Positions 1-8,409 of a DNA stretch of 64,000 nt are shown one piece after another. The stretch's first letter is position 1; each line of letters begins with the position of its first letter. The stretch lies in NCBI GenBank assembly GCA_963825525.1, contig CAWGTN010000002.1, forward strand, positions 992,001-1,056,000, given 5' to 3'. The notes beneath the pieces were generated by a model that was not told the origin of the DNA, searched no databases, and saw only the letters and a list, made by a program, of their open reading frames with translations. Made by a program: the position numbers and the translations under genes. The DNA is from an uncultured Chloroflexia bacterium. Its GTDB lineage: Bacteria > Chloroflexota > Limnocylindria > QHBO01.

Positions 1-60
1 AACGGTCTCGGTCAATTGAGGGTGATGCGCGTCCCGCGTGCTCGCTTCGCCTGCGTGAAG

Positions 61-186
61 GTCGCCATTGCCCTTGGCGCGAGCGGCTTCCTGCTGAAAA
101 CCTCGCCGACAGAGGAGATCGTGGGTCGGCGCGCCGCGGGCGGCGGCCGCGTATTCGGGGCGCATCAGCTCGGCTTAGCCGCGTAG
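61..186 (+). pseudogene. Remnant of a NarL/LuxR-type response regulator receiver domain
   Basis: Frame 1 reads VAIALGASGFLLKTSPTEEIV...GGRVF then stops; GASGFLLK is typical of the receiver beta4-beta5 region; no HTH follows. Confidence 0.4.
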
Positions 187-378
187 AGCTGGCACGGCAG
201 CTCAGCGAGCTTCGCACGGGTCCACGTAGCCGAAGACTCACTTTCGCTCTGGCGGGTCGCGTGCAGATCACGATTGCGGGAGCAGCAACACGGGCCCGAC
301 CTGGTGGCGCGCCGCAGATTCGCGGACTCTCGGCGAGGTCGAGGCATGTACCGAAGTTCGCGATGTCACGCCGCGGGC

Positions 379-606
379 CTAGTCACCACCGAGCAACCGC
401 GTCAACACCTCATCACGGAGTCCGTCGGGAACTGGCGTGCCGCACCGCTCACAGTCAACCTCTTCCCACTCACCGTGGTCTTCGTACTCATAGGCCAGTT
501 GGGGCTGGCTGTCCTGATCGCCAATCGACCACCAGCGTTCTACCTGAGCCCGATAGGTACCTCTCCAGGCCTTGGCCCTACAGGCCGGGCAGCTGGGGGT
601 TGCCAT
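379..606 (-). CDS. Small zinc-ribbon-like protein (75 aa)
   Basis: GGAGG 10 nt before ATG at 606; CPAC and CERC Cys pairs. Confidence 0.6.
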   Translation of the reverse strand: MATPSCPACRAKAWRGTYRAQVERWWSIGDQDSQPQLAYEYEDHGEWEEVDCERCGTPVPDGLRDEVLTRLLGGD

Positions 607-929
607 CTGTCGAGTCCTCCGTCGCATACTGCGACTGAGGCTAGTTCAGAGCGAATGTCAAGGTTCAGGCCCGCTCCGCAATCGCACGTTCCAGACGGGG
701 AGCAATCGCCTGATAGACACTCGGCCGGCTAACCGCATCTTCTTGGGAGCTTGCGCTCCTCGAGCGTCAGTTGGCGACGATGATGCCAACGGCGAGCCCG
801 TAGCGGTCGGGCCGCACGTTCAGGGTCTCGTCGATGGCGCCTTGACGATCGTGCGCAGGTAATCGGCCATGCCGAGAAGTACTTGTTCAGCACGATCGTC
901 GGGATCAGCTCCTCGACAATCGGCTGCGC

Positions 930-1294
930 TCAGCTGAATTGTCCGCTACAGGTTGCATTCCCACAGTGGCGTGACCACAACAAATCGTAAATCGAACTGC
1001 TCGACACCGTGCTGGCGATGTTTTGCTGAGGTCCGTAACGCGTGACGTAGCAGACGCCTTCGAGATACCAGCGGACGACGACTTGGACGTTGTCACAGCT
1101 TGAGAGTTCGTCGGACTCTGCGCGGGCGTCATTATCCGTTTCTTCCTGGTGCAGCCAGTTCACGTCACAAGGGCCTGGATATTGATGAGGTCGCCGGCAT
1201 GACGGTGTCGGATGGCCCCGAGGGTGATCGTGCTGAGAACGAGAAGCGAGGTGAACGCAAGGAGCAGGGCTGTTGTCATTGAGCGTTTGGACAC
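930..1294 (-). CDS. Small secreted 4-Cys protein, paralog P1 (121 aa after repairing one indel near 1172)
   Basis: AAGGAGG then GTG at 1294; hydrophobic signal MSKRSMTTALLLAFTSLLVLSTITLGA, then IRHRH...CDVNWLH...RWYLEGVCYVTRYGPQQN...LLWSRHCGNATCSGQFS; homologous to P2 and P3. Confidence 0.8.
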
Positions 1295-1324
1295 CGAACT
1301 ACCTCCTTCATGCAGGTTTGCTTA

Positions 1325-1877
1325 TCACACCTTTTACTGCACCGCATTGACGCATTCACCCAGTCGTCCAGGGACCCACCTTGATCCTCAACAGCCTGGC
1401 GTAAGGATTGCGCTTCCTCGACATAGGACGGCATTTCGTACCGAGCTCGCGCAGGCATTCGGACAGATCGGCCAGAAGGGACTTCTCTGTAAGATCCGGA
1501 TGCAGTCCTAAGCGATAGCTCTCGGCGACATGGACGTAGAACTCGGCCTTACACTCGTAGACAATGGGAGACGGGTCGTTCTCCGGATCTTCTCCGCCAC
1601 CCACCGTTAGTGCGTCGATCTGACCGTACTCATCGAGCTCAAGGTCCACCACAGTAACGCCAGCGTCCTCGATGCAGCCGACATAGGCCAGGCGAGCTCG
1701 CTCGTGCTCCGCTTCGCTGACCGAACCGTCCTCGAGAATAGCGCGTTGGAATTCCGAGGTCTCAGGCAAGATCGAGCTCAGTCTTGACTGCCAATCATCG
1801 AGTTGAGTGCTCGGAGAGGGGATCGAATCGCCGCCGGAGCATGCCGCGAACAGGATGGTCGCGAAGCCGGCGGCCAT
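1325..1877 (-). CDS. Lipoprotein with Cys-containing helical repeats (frameshift near 1441; both ends approximate)
   Basis: Lipobox LFAAC; SEFQRAILEDGSVSEAEHERARLAYVGCIEDAG; continues after one indel as CLRELGYEMPSYVEEAQSLRQAVEDQGGSLDDWVNASMRCS. Confidence 0.7.
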
Positions 1878-1881
1878 CGCC

Positions 1882-2246
1882 TTAGGAGAGCTGTGCGGAA
1901 CACGTTGCGTTGCCGCAGTGGCGTGACATAGGATGCTGTAAATCTGAGCGGAGGTCACGCTCGAGAAGAGGTTCTGCTGCGGGCCGTAGCGTGTCACATA
2001 ACCGAGGTCCTGCATGTACCAGCGCACAACGGCCTGGACATTGGCGCAGTTGGCCAGTTCGTCTGTAGTAACCCAGGCGTCGTTATTGGTGTAATTGATG
2101 TGCTCCAAGCGATGTCGCACGAGTCCTGAATGTTCTGAAAATCGTCCCCATGAACGTGACGGACATGGGTTGCTGCGACGGTGTGGCCGCCAGGATCAAC
2201 AAGGTGACAAACACAATGGCGCGTGTCGCGGCCCCCGGAGTCTCAT
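1882..2246 (-). CDS. Small secreted 4-Cys protein, paralog P2 (122 aa after repairing four single-base indels)
   Basis: ATG overlaps the P3 stop (ATGA); reconstructed MRLRGAATRAIVFVTLLILAATPVAATHVRHVH...SCDIAWEHINYT...RWYMQDLGYVTRYGPQQNLFSSV...ILWSRHCGNATCSAQLS. Confidence 0.75.
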
Positions 2247-2625
2247 GACGGCTGAATGCATCCGGCGGCGATGCCGTCAGAGCCGCAATGTTGGGACCAC
2301 AGGATAGAGAGAACGTCTACCGAAGCAACGCTGCTGAAGAGATTCTGCTGAGGACCAACCACTGTCACGTAACCGAGGCCCCACTGATACCACCTGGCCC
2401 GTACCTCGACCACTGGCAACTGCTGCGCTCGTCCGTCCACGCGCTGGCCGAGTCGTCGGTGTAGTTGACATGCTTCCAACTGATGTCGCACGCCCCGCCG
2501 TTCAGATTGTTCACCATGCCACTGTGAGCATGCCTGACGGTAACGGCCGATACCGGCGCAGACAGAAGGGATAGGAGCAGGGCAAGCCCAGCAAGCGCGA
2601 CCGTAGCTTTGTGACGCCTCGACAT
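2243..2625 (-). CDS. Small secreted 4-Cys protein, paralog P3 (127 aa after repairing one indel near 2411)
   Basis: Signal peptide MSRRHKATVALAGLALLLSLLSAPVSA, then VTVRHAH...ACDISWKHVNYT...RWYQWGLGYVTVVGPQQNLFSSV...ILWSQHCGSDGIAAGCIQPS; joins ORFs 2365..2652 and 2243..2683. Confidence 0.8.
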
Positions 2626-2735
2626 GGCAACGTCTCGCTGCGGGTTCTCCAATTGCTATGGTGCCACTGCTGTCAAGTAGCATTTACTCGCGAGTTGAAT
2701 GTGCTCCTCTGGGGCCAGGATGCCCGGTACTGGCC

Positions 2736-3807
2736 CTAGCTTTCCTTCAGCTGCGAGAGGATGGAGCCTCGGCCGTGTACAAGTGACGCCAGTGGCCCTA
2801 CGATCAAGGCCAGCGCCAGCGCGCTACCTACGCTCCGCGACGCGAAGGCAATGTGGTCGACGGGCGGTAGGGATCCCACGGCAGCCTGGAGAGCCACGGA
2901 CCAAGCTAGGGCACACGCGGCAGCCAGCCGAATCACTAGGGCATGCTCGATCGCGCACATCACATATATCCCCACAATTCCGAGACCTAGCGAGCGGTAG
3001 AGCCCGATTTCGCGCCTGCGCCCAGGTACACGCGGCGAGTGCCATGACGATCAGCGCGGCCCCCACGGCCCAGCCACTTGCCGAGGGCCGCGAGCGCAAC
3101 TGTGCTTCGGGCTTCGCGGCCAAGCGCTCGTCCGGAAGCGCAGCGACTACTAGTGGATCGTTCTCCTCACGAAACCAGTAGCGCAGGGTCTCGTCAGCTG
3201 AGGGGCTCGGCGCCGCAAACTCGACCCAGCATTCCTCGACCAGCGCGTCCGGCGACAACGGCATGAGGATCCACCGATCGCCGGGAGCGGCACGCGCTTC
3301 GGTGTCTAGAACTGCACCAATTGGCATGGGTTCCACAGCGCCTGAGGCAATAAGTAGCCACCGACACTGAGGTGCAGCTCATCCGCTAGACCTGCGCCCA
3401 CCACTAGTGCATCTGGCAGCCGCGATCGGGTTGATGTCCGGTTGCTACACCGACGTACCCGCCAATGTACCCACCGAGCTGAATCCTCGTGCACGGTGCT
3501 GTCGTGAGGGTAGTGACCTCGTAAGGGTGACGCCCGGCACAGGTATGACGCCGTCAACCGCCCACATCGCCAAGCACGTGGACGCTCGAAGGCCATAGGA
3601 ACTGCTGACTATGTATGTCGCTTCGCCGTGACGGAGCCGCTAGCGATGCAAGTCTGCGTCGTCACTCGCCGCCCGCAGCTCAACGCTGCCGACGGCAAAA
3701 AGGAGCACTGAGACGATACTTGCGATCAGGAGCGAGCGCGGACCGCCGGCGGCGAGGTTGCGAATGCCTCGGACGCGAGCACGCGTACTGTCCATCCCAT
3801 TGGTCAA
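2736..3807 (-). CDS. ABC transporter permease (FtsX/MacB-like), broken by several frameshifts or stops
   Basis: Start overlaps the ATPase stop; pieces VLASEA(F)[48 protein letters not shown], and C-terminal TM segments ending SILSQLKES. Confidence 0.6.
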
Positions 3808-4429
3808 GCTCCGCCTTCTAGGACACCATCTCGAAGGCTGTAGCGGAAACTGCAGCGCTCCGCGAGATCAGAGTCGTGCGTAGCGATGATCAACGCGGAA
3901 TTCTGGGGGACAGAGCGAACCAGCAGGCTGGCGACGCGCGCCGACGTGCTGGCGTCGAGATTGCCGGTTGGCTCGTCGGCCAGGATCAGATCTGGTTCAC
4001 CCACGAGCGCTCGGGCGATGCAGACGCGCTGCATTTCGCCGCCCGAGAGCGTATCGGCACGACGGTGCCCAAAGCCAACAAGACCGACAGTCTCGAGGTT
4101 ACCTCGGATACGTCCTTCGAGCTCGACTACGGGAGCAGCGAGCGCATAGCACCGAAGTTGCACATGTCCTTGACGCTCCGTCGTGACAGCAGATTAGCCC
4201 CTTGATGGATATAGGCAATGGTGGGCTGGTCGCCCCGAGTGGTAACGCCAACGGATCCGCGCGTAGGGTGTTGTAGGCCTCCGATGATGCTTAGAAGCGT
4301 TGTCTTGCCAGACCCGGAGGGTCCCATGATCGCAGTCGAGCTGCCGGATGGGAAGACGATGGAGATATCTTGCAGCGACCACCGGTCACGGCCGTAGCGG
4401 TGCCACACCGACGTCAGCTCGACCGACAT
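3804..4429 (-). CDS. ABC transporter ATP-binding protein (LolD/MacB-type), one frameshift near 4165
   Basis: Walker [10 protein letters not shown], signature LSGGEMQR, Walker [16 protein letters not shown] switch. Confidence 0.9.
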
Positions 4430-5472
4430 GGCTGCGGCTCCAGGATCTCCATCGGATTCGCGAGGATCGGCGTGCCCGACTCAATACCGGTCCCCGATAC
4501 CTCGACATGCGTAAACGATCCAGCTCCGACCTCGACGGCGACCGGAGAGAATCCCGGGCCGTCTTGGACCCAAACGCAATACAGGCCGGCGGCGTCGGTA
4601 ATCAGCGCCGAAACCGGCACCGCAAGCGCGGTGACGCTGGTCGATGGCCGCGCAGTGGCCGCAACCGTCTCGCCCGCATCGACGACGCCTTCATATGCTT
4701 GCGGGTCTGCGAGGTAGATGCCATCCGATGACGTCACTAGCTCATAGCTGGATGACCCGATCTCAACCTCCCAATCGACCGTCGGGTTAAGCACCGGCGT
4801 CGTCCCGTCCTGACTCGCGAACGTCATAGAGACTAGTGGGGCCCGAGACTGCAGAATCGAAGATCCCGCCGACGGCGCCTGCTGCCCGGTCTCGATGTTG
4901 ATCTCAGCAATCTGAACCGCGGTGCCGGGCAACCATACGATCCAGGTTGGGTCGAATGGTTGGGCGGAGTCGCGGCCAAGCGACCTCGCCCACTCGGCAA
5001 CCGTGATGGACAGTTCCTGATCGAATATGGATGGCGTCGCAGACTCTGGCGGCTCGAGTCCGAGGGCTATCAGCAGCTTGCGTAGTTGAACGACGTCAGG
5101 ACCAGTTGTCCCTACAGAGAGTTCCCTCCAAAAGGGCGTGTCGGCCGCGATAGCCATGATCGTGATGCCCGAAACGGCGTATGCCGGATCACCTTGTTCG
5201 AGTTTGTCACCAACGCTAATGGGGACACCGGTGACGACTCCAGACGCGCCAGAGGCGTACACTGCGGGAGCATTGCCAAGTACCGGCGTTCCAACAAGGG
5301 GAATTGGCCGGTGCAATGAAATCTCGCCGACGCTAACGACTATCGGTTCGGGTCTGCTTGGCACGTTCGCCAGGCGCTCGTCTGCTGCAAACCGCAGGAG
5401 TGCGAGAAAGACGATGGGCGCGGCGAGGAAGAAGACGGCCACCAATGCCGTGTGCCGCCATGACGAACTCAT
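4414..5472 (-). CDS. Membrane-fusion/adaptor protein with peptidoglycan-binding-like insert
   Basis: N-terminal TM; GVVTGVPISVGD lipoyl-like motif; FWRELSVGTTGPDVVQLRKLLIALG PG-binding-like segment; LAVPVSAL beta-barrel motif; upstream of ABC ATPase. Confidence 0.8.
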   Translation of the reverse strand: MSSSWRHTALVAVFFLAAPIVFLALLRFAADERLANVPSRPEPIVVSVGEISLHRPIPLVGTPVLGNAPAVYASGASGVVTGVPISVGDKLEQGDPAYAVSGITIMAIAADTPFWRELSVGTTGPDVVQLRKLLIALGLEPPESATPSIFDQELSITVAEWARSLGRDSAQPFDPTWIVWLPGTAVQIAEINIETGQQAPSAGSSILQSRAPLVSMTFASQDGTTPVLNPTVDWEVEIGSSSYELVTSSDGIYLADPQAYEGVVDAGETVAATARPSTSVTALAVPVSALITDAAGLYCVWVQDGPGFSPVAVEVGAGSFTHVEVSGTGIESGTPILANPMEILEPQPCRSS

Positions 5473-5525
5473 CGTCAAATGGTACTTGCACGGTAAACAC
5501 AGCACGTAGGCGCGGAGACGATGCC

Positions 5526-6083
5526 GTGGACAAGCGCAGCAGACGGTCGCGGGCGCACGTCTCAACATGGCTCCTTGGCGTGGGATCGCTCGTAGGGCTT
5601 CTGGCCGTATTGGGTGTCATCGCGATGGTCAGCACTCTGGGGGAGCGAGCTGGTCAAGCCGTCTTGGCACCAACGGCCGCCTCACCAGCGCAATCGATTG
5701 GCGTACGGCCAACCGGCCTTCTGAAGAGCCAGACTCCCGTTCTGGGCCAAACCTGCGTAGTGGTTCGATTTGATGACGCCGCCTATCGGGACGGCGAGGT
5801 GCCGATCTGGCTATGGCGTTCGAACCAGCCGGACCTGTGCGGTGACCCGCTCGATGAGACGGTCGTCGCGAGTACGGCGATCCTCGAGCCGCGGCTTACG
5901 GCGGGGGGTTCCATGCGCTACGACGTGATGTTCGCGGTTGAGCGACCTGCCGGTTCTGGTCAAGATACATTCCTGAGCTTCTTGACCACCCGAGAACCAG
6001 GCGACCAGTTTCGGGCGATTGGGCCTGCTGACAGGAACACCCTCTTCGGTCCGCTCCCGCAATTCGAATCGGGAGACGGGTAG
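5526..6083 (+). CDS. Hypothetical membrane-anchored protein
   Basis: GGAG then GTG at 5526; basic N-terminus plus one TM helix; extracellular domain with two Cys. Confidence 0.6.
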   Translation: MDKRSRRSRAHVSTWLLGVGSLVGLLAVLGVIAMVSTLGERAGQAVLAPTAASPAQSIGVRPTGLLKSQTPVLGQTCVVVRFDDAAYRDGEVPIWLWRSNQPDLCGDPLDETVVASTAILEPRLTAGGSMRYDVMFAVERPAGSGQDTFLSFLTTREPGDQFRAIGPADRNTLFGPLPQFESGDG

Positions 6084-6267
6084 AGGTGATGACGGGCACT
6101 GACTCGCGCTGAGACTGGGCCCTTGGCGACGATGAATTCTCGGCTTGCCGCGGCAGAAGTCCGGGGGGAGACCTTGGCCTTGCTAGTCAGTAGTTGACTT
6201 GATATTGTCCGCGTAGCACACTGACGCCGTCCAGCAGCTCAGGAGAGCTCCGCGCTCCGTGAAGACA

Positions 6268-6318
6268 GGCAGCCTTCCAAGCTGCATGTCGCGGGTTCGA
6301 TCCCCGTCTCCCGCTCCA
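6268..6318 (+). mobile_element. 3' fragment of tRNA-Gly(TCC), probable attR of an integrated island
   Basis: GCAGC-CTTCCAA-GCTGC anticodon arm, GCGGG-TTCGATC-CCCGT T arm, CTCCCGC-T-CCA end; the 5' acceptor strand GCGGGAG and D arm are absent; base composition changes here. Confidence 0.85.
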
Positions 6319-6327
6319 CACCTCCAC

Positions 6328-6666
6328 CTATCGGCAGGGCGTCTCCTCGCTCCAGGCGGGGTCATCGGGGTAGCGGCCAAGGATGTAGTCGACTTCGCAC
6401 GGCGCCCCGAGTCCGAACAGGGGCCGCCGGATCACGAGCTGAGCAAGATCCTGCATCTCGAACGTGGTCGAGGGCGGCCCGGCACCCAACAGGTCATCGC
6501 CCCAGGCCAGACATGCCTCGGCCGATGCGGCGGACGCCTCGCAATGGATCGTGACGTCGGGGTCGACCGTCGAGGTCGCCTGCACCGAAGGACGCGTCAC
6601 CACGAAGCCGCCGATGACGATGATCATCACCACCGCCACTCCCAGGATGCCCACCCGCGCTCGCAT
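6328..6666 (-). CDS. Hypothetical exported/membrane-anchored protein (112 aa)
   Basis: N-terminal TM, four Cys, GC3-rich codons, CATACT 6 nt before ATG. Confidence 0.7.
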   Translation of the reverse strand: MRARVGILGVAVVMIIVIGGFVVTRPSVQATSTVDPDVTIHCEASAASAEACLAWGDDLLGAGPPSTTFEMQDLAQLVIRRPLFGLGAPCEVDYILGRYPDDPAWSEETPCR

Positions 6667-6718
6667 GAGCCCAGTATGCCGCGCGGGGCCGGGGACGAGG
6701 TGGCTATCCTCGAACCCG

Positions 6719-8407
6719 ATGCGTCCCCTCGAACCGCCCTATGACTCCATCGCCGCCGGCCGCCCGGCCCGCATCGCGATCGACGGGACGCATCTTCTCA
6801 GCAATCGCCTGCTGACCAAGGACTTCGCGTTCCCGGCCGACGAACGCGAGGCGTTCAACCTCAACGGACTGCTCCCGGATCGGGTCATGACCATCGAGGA
6901 GCAGGTGGAGCTCGAGCTCACTCGACTGCGGCGCAAGGACGACCCGCTCGAGCAGTACATCGGCCTCGCTGCACTGCAGGACCGCAACGCGACGCTCTTC
7001 TATCGGGTCCTGGCCGAGAACCTGGAGGAGCTCCTGCCGATCGTCTACACCCCAACCGTCGGCCTTGCCTGCCAGGAGTTCAGCCATGTCCTGCGCCGCA
7101 CGCGAGGCGCGTGGATCACCCCGAACGACCGCGACCGCATCGGCGAGATCCTGCGGAACGGTCCCTACGACGACGTGCGCCTCATCGTCGTCACCGACAA
7201 CGAGCGCATCCTGGGACTCGGCGACCTCGGCGCCGGCGGGATGGCCATCCCGATCGGGAAGCTGGCGCTCTACACCGGCGCCTGCGGCATCTACCCCGGC
7301 GTGACGCTGCCGGTGAGCCTGGACGTGGGCACCGACAACGCCGACCTGCTCGCCGATCCGCTCTACATCGGCCACCGGGCGCCTCGCCTGCGCGGCGCCG
7401 AGTACGACGCATTGGTCGACGCCTTTGTCGGCGCCGTGCAGGAGACCTGGCCCGGCTGCGTGATCCAGTGGGAGGACTTCAAGCAGCACAACGCCCTGCG
7501 CATCCTGGATCGATACCGCGATCGCGTCCCGAGCTTCAACGACGACATCCAGGGCACGGCAGCCGTGGTGCTGGCCGGCGTCCTTTCCGCGGGCCGGCTG
7601 CTGGAACGGCCATTGGCGTCGCAGCGGATCCTGCTGGTGGGATCAGGGGCGGCGGGCATCGGGATAGCCCGGCTGCTGCGCGCCGCGATGAGCGCGGAGG
7701 GCATGACGGATGACGAGATGTCGGCGGCGGTGACGCTGGTCGACTCGCGCGGGCTCGTCCACGCCAGTCGAGACGATCTCGATGATGCGAAGCGGGCGCT
7801 CGCCACGCCGGAAGCGGTGATCTCGTACGTGCCGGAGCGACTGCTCGAGGCGACGATCGAGGCGTATCGGCCGACCGTGCTGGTCGGAACGACCGGCGTC
7901 GCCGGCACGTTCACGGAGGCCGTGGTGAGGTCCATGACAGCCGTATCCGAGCGGCCGGTCGTCATGCCGCTCTCGAATCCGACCCCGTTGGCCGAGGCTC
8001 GCCCGGCCGACATCGCCGCCTGGTCCGATGGTCGCGCAATCACGGCCACCGGCAGCCCGTTCCCGCCGGTCGACGGTCGCGAGATCGGCCAGGCCAACAA
8101 CGTCTTCGTCTTCCCCGGCCTGGGGCTCGGGGCGATCGTCTCCGGTGCGCGCCGCATCAGCGACGGAATGGTGGTTGCCGCTGCGCGGGCCCTCGCCGAT
8201 GCGGTCGACGCGAACCGCCTTGCCGGGGGCGTGATCTATCCGTCCGTCGGCGATCTGCGATCGGTGGCTCGAGCGGTCGCGGTGGCGGTGGCCCACGAGG
8301 CGGTCGCGACCGGCCTGGCCGATGCAAACGACCACCTGGATGCCGATATCGACGCCGCGATGTGGTGGCCCGAGTACGTGCCCTACATCCGCGCCTCGGA
8401 CACCTGA
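6719..8407 (+). CDS. maeA: NAD-dependent malic enzyme
   Basis: PIVYTPTVG, VTDNERILGLGDLG, FNDDIQGTAAV, GSGAAGIG, PLSNPT, QANNVFVFPG. Confidence 0.95.
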   Translation: MRPLEPPYDSIAAGRPARIAIDGTHLLSNRLLTKDFAFPADEREAFNLNGLLPDRVMTIEEQVELELTRLRRKDDPLEQYIGLAALQDRNATLFYRVLAENLEELLPIVYTPTVGLACQEFSHVLRRTRGAWITPNDRDRIGEILRNGPYDDVRLIVVTDNERILGLGDLGAGGMAIPIGKLALYTGACGIYPGVTLPVSLDVGTDNADLLADPLYIGHRAPRLRGAEYDALVDAFVGAVQETWPGCVIQWEDFKQHNALRILDRYRDRVPSFNDDIQGTAAVVLAGVLSAGRLLERPLASQRILLVGSGAAGIGIARLLRAAMSAEGMTDDEMSAAVTLVDSRGLVHASRDDLDDAKRALATPEAVISYVPERLLEATIEAYRPTVLVGTTGVAGTFTEAVVRSMTAVSERPVVMPLSNPTPLAEARPADIAAWSDGRAITATGSPFPPVDGREIGQANNVFVFPGLGLGAIVSGARRISDGMVVAAARALADAVDANRLAGGVIYPSVGDLRSVARAVAVAVAHEAVATGLADANDHLDADIDAAMWWPEYVPYIRASDT

Positions 8408-8409
8408 GC

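Larger units (their letters stand above)
1..6318. mobile_element. Right-hand part of a genomic island
   Basis: More A/T-rich with weaker GC3 bias than downstream DNA; bounded by the tRNA fragment; integrase not in window. Confidence 0.7.

Noticed and set aside
1356-2120. 254-aa ORF as one fusion protein
   Set aside because: It is the middle of P2 joined to the lipoprotein through frameshifts; paralog alignment shows P2 ends at TAA 1882
930-2625. P1-P3 as RiPP precursors or as lactococcin 972 itself
   Set aside because: No modifying enzymes or double-glycine leader; no recognisable sequence match to Lcn972, only an analogous locus layout
6211-6318. Complete tRNA-Gly gene
   Set aside because: No 5' acceptor strand (GCGGGAG) or D arm upstream of the anticodon stem; only the 3' part is present
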